Assembly: GCA_963739515.1 (NCBI GenBank)
Contig: CAVUAO010000002.1
Span: forward strand, 156,880 to 220,879
Length of the DNA stretch: 64,000 bases
Direction: 5' to 3'
Source: an uncultured Chloroflexia bacterium
Lineage (GTDB): Bacteria > Chloroflexota > Dehalococcoidia > Dehalococcoidales > RBG-16-60-22
A model generated the notes under the pieces. It ran no database searches. It was not told where the DNA came from and was given only the letters and a program-made list of their open reading frames with translations. The translations under genes and the position numbers were made by a program. Shown piece after piece: positions 57,578 through 64,000 of this stretch (position 1 is its first letter; every line of letters starts with the position of its first letter).

Positions 57578-57649
57578 GCCAGCGTAGCTCAGGGGTAGAG
57601 CAGCGGTTTCGTAAACCGCTTGTCGAGGGTTCGATTCCCCCCGCTGGCT
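57578..57649 (+). tRNA. tRNA-Thr(CGT)
   Basis: Acceptor stem GCCAGCG/CGCTGGC, D arm GCTC/GAGC, anticodon stem GCGGT/ACCGC with loop TTCGTAA, T-loop TTCGATT; no encoded CCA. Confidence 0.95.
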
Positions 57650-57674
57650 GTTATTTTATCTAGAGGAAAAAACA

Positions 57675-58445
57675 ATGAGTGAATCAGGATTCCGTCTCGG
57701 TATAGGCAAGTTCAAATGCGTTGTCGTGAGCGATGGCACGCTGGTCAGCCAGGGCGTGGACAATGAAGAAGTCATGGGGTTAAGCTGCCTGGTGATAAGG
57801 TCGGGCGACCAGACGATACTCATCGATACCGGATGTGGGAGCGGATTTCAAGCAACCGCCGGGCAGTTAGTTAAAAATTTCGAGGCGGCAGGAATAAAGC
57901 GCACAGATATTAATGTGATTATTTTCACTCACGGTCATATCGACCATGCCGGCGGCAGCTTCGATTCGCGGGGAAAGCCCGTCTTTCCCAACGCCCGTTA
58001 CGTGACCTCCGAAAGTGAATTGAAATACTGGTTGACGCCGCCGGGAAGCAACGAAATCCAGAACATGCTTTTTGCAGTCGCCCGGAAGAACCTGGTGCCT
58101 GTCCGGGAAAAGTTCGACCTGGCGAAAGATAATGCCGAAATACTGCCCGGGATTAATTTTATCGCCGCCCACGGGCATACGCCGGGCAACTCGATGGTAG
58201 AAATAACGTCGGGGAAAGAGCGGCTGCTGTGTATCGGGGACGTCATCCATTCAACGCGGGAATTTATTCATCCCGATTGTTTGGCATCCTTCGACGTGGC
58301 GCCGGAGCAAGCCATACCAACCAGGGCTAAAATACTGTCCGACGTGGCTGAATCCGGGACGCTCGTTTTTGCCTGTCATTTTGCTTTTCCCGGTCTCGGT
58401 CATATCAAGCGGGAAAAAGGAGTCTTCGCCTGGCAGCCTGTCTAA
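57675..58445 (+). CDS. MBL-fold metallo-hydrolase
   Basis: LIDTG, THGHIDHAGG, GHTPG, GD..H, HF.FPG.G. Confidence 0.92.
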   Translation: MSESGFRLGIGKFKCVVVSDGTLVSQGVDNEEVMGLSCLVIRSGDQTILIDTGCGSGFQATAGQLVKNFEAAGIKRTDINVIIFTHGHIDHAGGSFDSRGKPVFPNARYVTSESELKYWLTPPGSNEIQNMLFAVARKNLVPVREKFDLAKDNAEILPGINFIAAHGHTPGNSMVEITSGKERLLCIGDVIHSTREFIHPDCLASFDVAPEQAIPTRAKILSDVAESGTLVFACHFAFPGLGHIKREKGVFAWQPV

Positions 58446-59395
58446 GCCATAACTTCTCTTACGGCCGCTTTGATTTTCTCGCGGTCGGGTAGGGCGTAGC
58501 GTTCCATGGGCGGGCTATAAGGGATGGGCACATCCAGGCCGCAGACCCGCTTCGGCGCGGACTTCAAACGTTTGAAAACCTGCTCGTCTTCCACCACCAG
58601 AGCGGTAAGCTCGGCGGCCGCCCCGGCGGTGATGCAGGCTTCATCGACCACCACCAGACGGCCCGTCTTTGCCACTGAAGCCCTGATTGTTTTTTTATCA
58701 AGGGGATTAAGCGTGCGCGGGTCGATTACCTCCATTGATATCCCTTCCTGTTGCAGCTCTTCGGCTACCGCCAGGGCATCGTGCACCATCTTGGCCAGGG
58801 CGACCACGGTTACATCCGTCCCCGGCCGCCTGATTACCGCCTGGCCAAAAGGAATGAAATATTCTTCCTCCGGTACCTCGCCCTCCATCGCCCCCAGCGC
58901 CATATGCTCGAAGGAAATCACTGGGTTATTGTCCCGAATGGCGGTCTTTAAAAGCCCCTTGATATCGTAAGGGGTGGCCGGGAGGATAATTTTCAGCCCC
59001 GGGACGTTCATATACATCGAATAAGGGCTTATCGAATGCTGGGCGGCGAACGACTTGCTGGCGCCCACGGTCATCCGGTAAACGATGGGGAACCGGGTCT
59101 GCCCGCCGAACATGTAGGTAATCTTGGCGGCCTGGTTGACGAACTGGTCCATCGCCACGAAGCCGAAAGTGGCCATCCTCACGTTGACCACCGGCCGGAA
59201 CCCGGAACCGGCCAGTCCTATCGCCGCCCCGACAAAAGCAGCCTCGGAAATCGGGGTCTGCCTGATTCTGGCTTCGCCGAACTCCTTACGCAGGTCGGGC
59301 GGGATATCCGTGGAAAGGTGGACGGTCTTGGGGTCGCGGCGGAACTCTTCCATCAACGCTTCGGATGCTGCCTGGTCGTAACTTATCTTTCTCAT
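58442..59395 (-). CDS. TPP-dependent dehydrogenase E1 beta subunit (AcoB/PdhB-like)
   Basis: TPISE..FVG.A.G, DQ.VNQAAK, AAQHS, PGLK, DPRTL.PLD, KTGRLVVVDE. Confidence 0.9.
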   Translation of the reverse strand: MRKISYDQAASEALMEEFRRDPKTVHLSTDIPPDLRKEFGEARIRQTPISEAAFVGAAIGLAGSGFRPVVNVRMATFGFVAMDQFVNQAAKITYMFGGQTRFPIVYRMTVGASKSFAAQHSISPYSMYMNVPGLKIILPATPYDIKGLLKTAIRDNNPVISFEHMALGAMEGEVPEEEYFIPFGQAVIRRPGTDVTVVALAKMVHDALAVAEELQQEGISMEVIDPRTLNPLDKKTIRASVAKTGRLVVVDEACITAGAAAELTALVVEDEQVFKRLKSAPKRVCGLDVPIPYSPPMERYALPDREKIKAAVREVMA

Positions 59396-59414
59396 GCTTC
59401 AAAACCTCTTTCGT

Positions 59415-60383
59415 TCAGGAAGAAAAAACATCCGCCAGGGTATCTTCGGGGGCGGGGAGAGCACTTGCCAGGGCGAACTTGACCGAATCGTCGATTTTTT
59501 TCATGACCTCTGCGTTAATTTCTTCAAGCAATTGTTTGGTGGCAATGCCCTTTTCCAGCAGCACCCGCTCGAAGCCGGTCACCGGGCATTTTTTCTTCCA
59601 GGCTTCCAGCTCCTCGACGGGGCGGAGGTCGGGCAGGCCGGGCTGCTCGTAATGGCCCCGCCAGCGGTAGGTGATGAACTCCAGGAAGAACGGTCCATTC
59701 CCGGCCCTCACTTTCGCTACGGCCTTCTTCGTCGCCTCGTAAACCGCCACGACATCGTTACCGTCAACGACGACCGACGGGATACCGTAACCGCCGGTAG
59801 CCCTCTCCGAGACATGGTCCAGGCCCGTGGCGACCTTGACCGGGGTATTGACGCCGTAGCCGTTATTTTCACAGGCGAAGATGAGCGGCAGCTGCCATAT
59901 TTTGGCGAGGTTTAATACCTCGTGGAACTCGCCTTCGTTGGTCGCGCCGTCGCCGAAGAAGAGCACCACCACTTTATCGCCGCCCTCAAGCTGTGCCGCG
60001 GTGGCCGCGCCCGCCGCAATCGGCAGGCCCCCGGCGACTATGCCGTTGGCGCCCAGCATGCCGATAGCAAAATCGGCGATATGCATCGAGCCGCCTTTGC
60101 CTTTGCAGTAGCCGGTCTTGCGACCGTATATCTCCGCCATCATGCGGTTGAGGTCGGCGCCCTTGGCGATGCAATGACCATGCCCCCGGTGATTGCTGAT
60201 AATGCGGTCGTCCAGTCTCAGGTTGGTGCAGACGCCGGTCGCTATCGCTTCCTGACCGATATATGAATGCACGATACCCGGGATAGCCCCGCTGTGGTAA
60301 TCGATAACGACCCTTTCCTCGAAGCGCCGGATGGTCAACATGATGCGGTACAAGCGGAGAAGCTCTTTGTTGCTGATTTTCAC
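59415..60383 (-). CDS. TPP-dependent dehydrogenase E1 alpha subunit (AcoA/PdhA-like)
   Basis: HSYIGQEA, HRGHGH, GKGGSMH, GDGA...ENN TPP motif, TYRWRGH; likely GTG at 60383. Confidence 0.92.
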   Translation of the reverse strand: MKISNKELLRLYRIMLTIRRFEERVVIDYHSGAIPGIVHSYIGQEAIATGVCTNLRLDDRIISNHRGHGHCIAKGADLNRMMAEIYGRKTGYCKGKGGSMHIADFAIGMLGANGIVAGGLPIAAGAATAAQLEGGDKVVVLFFGDGATNEGEFHEVLNLAKIWQLPLIFACENNGYGVNTPVKVATGLDHVSERATGGYGIPSVVVDGNDVVAVYEATKKAVAKVRAGNGPFFLEFITYRWRGHYEQPGLPDLRPVEELEAWKKKCPVTGFERVLLEKGIATKQLLEEINAEVMKKIDDSVKFALASALPAPEDTLADVFSS

Positions 60384-60405
60384 TTTGGTTAGTCCTTCCT
60401 GAAGA

Positions 60406-61374
60406 TTAACGCTGTCCCCATTTCGGCGTATTGCCGATGGTGAAACAGAGCACCGGTTCCTTGATGCCCTTGAATTCAATCGGGCAGTGGCTCAAGCCCT
60501 TCGGTACGAAGATAAGCGAGCTTTGTTTTATGGCATGTTTTTCGTCGGCGAGCATGATAGACACGTCGCCTCCCACGTCGCGGGCATGTTCGCGGTTTCC
60601 CGGGTAGCCGACGATGCCCACCATCTCGTCGAAATCATGCGCGTGGGCCTGGGGCGCCATAGTCATGTCGCCGCTCCATATCCAGACGAAGTCGGCGTAA
60701 AACGCCTCTGGCGATACCTCGCTATCCAGCGAAACAATCTGGGTAGTTTTAGCCGTCCGTGGCGGCGGCGGAGGTCTGTTCGGGTCAGGTGTAGTCGGCC
60801 AGTGCGGCTTGGGCTCGGTGATAATATAGCGGGCATATCTCTTTCCCGAGGCGTCCGGCGAGGGAGGCGTAAAAGCGGGGGGCTTTACCGCCTGTGGGGA
60901 TTTCATTCTCTCCGAGGTGCGTCCGTAGCGGGAGATGGGGGCAAGCGTAAAGAAAAAGACGGGCCGGTTCACCTCGCGGAAGGTCAGGGGGCAGTGCTTC
61001 ATGCCCGCCGGGACATGCACCAGGCAGCTCTTCGTTAGGAAATGCGTCTCGTCTCCAAGTATAATTTCCATCATGGCATCGAGGTCGTGGGGATGGACGG
61101 GGTCGCTGCTGATAAAGCCGATGACCTCGTCGAAGGCGTGGACATGCGGCTCTTCCGTTGTCCCGGAGGTGGTCTTGCCTTCCCACAGCCAGATGCACTC
61201 CATGTAAAAAGAGGCGCCTTTGACCTTGGTATCGTCCATCCAAAGCAGCCGTAGTATCTTTACGGTGGACGTTATCGGGCTGCGCTTCATCATTTCCTGG
61301 ATTTTGGCGGTTTCTTCCGGCGTATATTCCCGGGTATCGGTAACGATGTTTTTATCGTAGCGGAATCGGGGCAT
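60406..61374 (-). CDS. Tandem two-domain cupin-like protein
   Basis: Two internal homologous halves: HVHAFDE..VPAGMKHCP and HAHDFDE..VPKGLSHCP. Confidence 0.8.
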   Translation of the reverse strand: MPRFRYDKNIVTDTREYTPEETAKIQEMMKRSPITSTVKILRLLWMDDTKVKGASFYMECIWLWEGKTTSGTTEEPHVHAFDEVIGFISSDPVHPHDLDAMMEIILGDETHFLTKSCLVHVPAGMKHCPLTFREVNRPVFFFTLAPISRYGRTSERMKSPQAVKPPAFTPPSPDASGKRYARYIITEPKPHWPTTPDPNRPPPPPRTAKTTQIVSLDSEVSPEAFYADFVWIWSGDMTMAPQAHAHDFDEMVGIVGYPGNREHARDVGGDVSIMLADEKHAIKQSSLIFVPKGLSHCPIEFKGIKEPVLCFTIGNTPKWGQR

Positions 61375-61478
61375 AACTTTCTCCCTTCGTGGGTGAGACT
61401 AAATTTATGATACTACCTTACATTAATAAGTAGCAAATAACACGGTCATGAGATCTGGCGGGCATATTGTTCTGCGTC

Positions 61479-61512
61479 GGGGGCGTTTAAAAGGGGGTGA
61501 AACCCCTCTTTC
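61479..61512. repeat. Partial family A hairpin
   Basis: GGGGCGTTTAAAAGGGGGT-GAA-ACCCCTCTTT. Confidence 0.7.
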
Positions 61513-61525
61513 ATTTATGAAAGAG

Positions 61526-62317
61526 CTATTCCTGTCGCCCGAACGACCACACCGCCAGCATGACCATGGCGAACCCGAATACCGCCAGGATGGCGATATT
61601 TTCCCAGATGGTCATCGAGTGGCCGAAGAGGGTCATATCAAACGCCGAATTTGTCCCGGTGCCGAGTATTACCTGGCGGATACTGGCGACGCCATAAGAC
61701 GCCGGATTGATTTTCACCAGGAAGCTCATCCAGCTGGGCAGGTTCTGCATGGGGAAAAAGACGCCCGAGAGAAACATCATGGGGAACATCAGCATTTGCA
61801 TGATGGCCTGGAAAGCCTCGGTGGACTTGATTCGGGAGGCCAGCAGGATGCCCAGCGAGCCCATCGAAGCCGCCAGCAGGAAAGAGAGCGGTATCAAAGC
61901 CAGCACGTTCCAGGCTGTCAGCGAGACGCCGATAATGGGAGCGAGCACCAGTATCATGATTCCCTGGATGGTGGCGACGGTGGCGGAACCGAGCGTCCTC
62001 CCCAGAGCCACGGACATGCGCGATATTGGGGCGACCAGCACCTCTTTCAAGAAACCGAACTCGCGGTCCCATACAATGGACACGCCGGACATGAAAGAGC
62101 CCATCAGCACTGACATGGCGATGATGCCGGGGTACATGAACTGCGTAAAACTGATGCCGCCGGACATGATGCCGATACTGCCCTGGAGACCGCTGCCGAA
62201 CATGAAAAGGAAAAACACGGGGAAGAGCAGGGCGCTCAGCATGCGCGCTTTATCGTACCAGAAGCGCAGCACATCGCGGTACCACATGGTGTAAACGCCA
62301 AGCAAGCTGTTCATCAT
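61526..62317 (-). CDS. ABC-2 type exporter permease
   Basis: PGIIAM, DREFGFLKEVLVAP.SR, FLSGVFFP, INP..Y. Confidence 0.93.
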   Translation of the reverse strand: MMNSLLGVYTMWYRDVLRFWYDKARMLSALLFPVFFLFMFGSGLQGSIGIMSGGISFTQFMYPGIIAMSVLMGSFMSGVSIVWDREFGFLKEVLVAPISRMSVALGRTLGSATVATIQGIMILVLAPIIGVSLTAWNVLALIPLSFLLAASMGSLGILLASRIKSTEAFQAIMQMLMFPMMFLSGVFFPMQNLPSWMSFLVKINPASYGVASIRQVILGTGTNSAFDMTLFGHSMTIWENIAILAVFGFAMVMLAVWSFGRQE

Positions 62318-62323
62318 TCTATC

Positions 62324-63310
62324 CTAATGCATGCGCATGCGGCTGCCCCGCTGCCTCATTTGCGCTGCTAGAGAATCACCGACGTCCTGCTCGCGGATTT
62401 CCCGTCCGGTCAGCTTAAGGAAGACGTCCTCGAGGGTGGGGTGGCGCAGACTGATGCTCGATATATTGACGCCGAACCCCCTGATAAACGCCGGCAGGAA
62501 CTCCTCGCCGTTTTCCACGCTGAAGTTAAGCTGGTCGCCGACCGCTATGGCTTCGGCGCCATAGCGCGACTTTATTTCCTCAGCAGCTTTCTTGTTATCG
62601 ATCGTCCGCAGGGTGACGATGTCTTTACCGACCATGTGCTTAAGCTGCCCCGGGGTATCCATGGCGACCAGTTTGCCGTGGTCGACGATAGCGATGCGGT
62701 TGGCTTTTTCTGCCTCGTCCATGTAATGGGTGGTCAGGAAAACGGTGGTGCCTTCCTGTTTCTGGAGCTGGAGGACGTATTCCCAGATATGGTTGCGTGT
62801 CTGCGGGTCGAGTCCCAGAGTCGGCTCGTCGAGGAAGAGCACCTTCGGATAATGCAGCAGGCCCCTGGCCAGCTCGAGGCGGCGTTTCATGCCGCCGGAA
62901 TAGGTGCGCACGAAGTTATTGCGCTTGTCCCAGAGGTCCACCATTTCCAGGACCTGCCGGATGCGCTTCTCGCGGAGGGCGGCGGGCATGTTATAGACCA
63001 TCGCGTGAAAGCGTAAATTATGCATCCCGGTAAGCCGGTCATCCAGACTGGAGTCCTGAAAAACCAGCCCGATGGAATGACGCACCTGGTTCTGCTGATG
63101 GACGACGTCGAAACCGTTAAGGGTGGCTTTGCCGGATGTGGGGCGGGCGAGGGTACAGAGGATATTGATGGTGGTGGTCTTGCCGGCGCCGTTAGGTCCC
63201 AGGAAACCGAAGATTTCGCCCGGTGCAACCGTAAAGCTGATGTGGTCGACGGCGACAAGCTGGCCGTACTTTTTTACGAGGTTATCTACCTGGATAATCG
63301 AATCAGTCAC
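62324..63310 (-). CDS. ABC exporter ATP-binding protein (DrrA-like)
   Basis: GPNGAGKT, YSGGMKRR, LFLDEPT.GLDP, TTHYM. Confidence 0.95.
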   Translation of the reverse strand: MTDSIIQVDNLVKKYGQLVAVDHISFTVAPGEIFGFLGPNGAGKTTTINILCTLARPTSGKATLNGFDVVHQQNQVRHSIGLVFQDSSLDDRLTGMHNLRFHAMVYNMPAALREKRIRQVLEMVDLWDKRNNFVRTYSGGMKRRLELARGLLHYPKVLFLDEPTLGLDPQTRNHIWEYVLQLQKQEGTTVFLTTHYMDEAEKANRIAIVDHGKLVAMDTPGQLKHMVGKDIVTLRTIDNKKAAEEIKSRYGAEAIAVGDQLNFSVENGEEFLPAFIRGFGVNISSISLRHPTLEDVFLKLTGREIREQDVGDSLAAQMRQRGSRMRMH

Positions 63311-63378
63311 TCTATTATTATATCACCAGGCCGCTTCTAGGAGAGAAACGAGGCGGCTCGCGTCGTTATCCTGAATTT

Positions 63379-63879
63379 TTATTCTTTCCCTAGGATTTCT
63401 TCGATATCGTGGCGGGCACGGGAGACTATTTCCTTGATGCGTGTCCAGTTTTCCGGTTCAAGGTGATGGGCTTTTTGTCCCACCAGGCGGCCGAGACCCC
63501 TCAACTCATCGATGGTATCGTGGAACTCTTCAATGTTGCGGGGGTGCCACCATTCGTTCATGTTACACTTAATCTTATCGATGACAACATGCTGCTCTTT
63601 CAGAAATTTTTGTCCCTCATCGGTAATGGTATAGACCTTCTTGCCATCGCGTTCTGAAGAGCTGACGTAGCCCATGTCCTCGAGCATCTGGAGGGTGGGG
63701 TAAACGCTGCCGGCGCTCGGGGTGTAAAAACCGTGGAAATAGTCCTCCAGGGCGCGGATAATCTCGTAGCCGTGGCTCGGTTTGTCTTTTAACAGACTCA
63801 GGATGACGTATTTGAGGTCGCCTTTTTCAAAGATACGCGAGGAGTGTCTTTCAAATGGAAAAAACGGTCGGTGAAACAT
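63379..63879 (-). CDS. PadR family transcriptional regulator
   Basis: ILSLL...HGYEII..PSAGSVYPTL..LE..KKVYTITDEG. Confidence 0.93.
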   Translation of the reverse strand: MFHRPFFPFERHSSRIFEKGDLKYVILSLLKDKPSHGYEIIRALEDYFHGFYTPSAGSVYPTLQMLEDMGYVSSSERDGKKVYTITDEGQKFLKEQHVVIDKIKCNMNEWWHPRNIEEFHDTIDELRGLGRLVGQKAHHLEPENWTRIKEIVSRARHDIEEILGKE

Positions 63880-63903
63880 AGCACTTACCCTCCTTCCACG
63901 TCA

Positions 63904-63919
63904 TTACGATATATCGTAA
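63904..63919. promoter_or_regulatory. Perfect 16-bp palindrome, probable PadR operator
   Basis: TTACGATATATCGTAA overlapping the -10 (TACGAT) of a minus-strand TTGACA(63941-63936)-17 bp promoter. Confidence 0.75.
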
Positions 63920-64000
63920 CATATCTAAATAAATTTGTCAAGAGCCAAACAAAATCCGCCCTCCCTATCTCTTACTTTATCATGGGGAGATGGCAAATTA

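Noticed and set aside
57626..57642. A-C mismatch in the tRNA-Thr T-stem as a sign of editing or a pseudo-tRNA
   Set aside because: It is a single mismatch inside a C homopolymer in an error-prone sequence; the rest of the cloverleaf is intact.
57578..64000. tRNA-anchored genomic island
   Set aside because: No integrase, no duplicated tRNA 3' end seen in the window, and composition similar to the core genes.

Overview
64 kb of a bacterial chromosome, most likely a Dehalococcoidia-type Chloroflexota. This is inferred from gene content, a Gram-positive-type GAAC-N4-GTTC box at lexA, and RpoB/RpoC insertions. The window is mostly housekeeping genes: yebC-ruvC-ruvA, rimI, an ECF sigma/anti-sigma/SIMPL locus, rpoB-rpoC-ruvB-queH, ychF, holA, glucokinase, galU, alaS, ruvX, dnaJ, der-plsY-gpsA, argF, rph, proB/proA, mfd, aroF, purF, lexA, ilvE, pabB/A/C, argC, pfk-fba, pyrF and tRNA-Thr(CGT). 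The right end carries an MBL hydrolase, TPP E1 alpha/beta with a bicupin, and PadR-ABC genes. Many conserved genes have single-base indels, which look like long-read errors. Items missing from the ORF track or unexplained by it: an AT-rich HEPN (RxxxxH) gene running off the left edge; a 46-aa basic zinc-ribbon gene with its own promoter and terminator; a three-site ECF promoter motif; a dispersed AT-rich element with phased AAAAACGAAT repeats; two REP-like hairpin families; a candidate PyrR-like attenuator; likely ATA starts in ruvB and ruvX; and an apparent strand-skew switch near 44-46 kb. All assignments come from reading motifs by eye; no searches were run.
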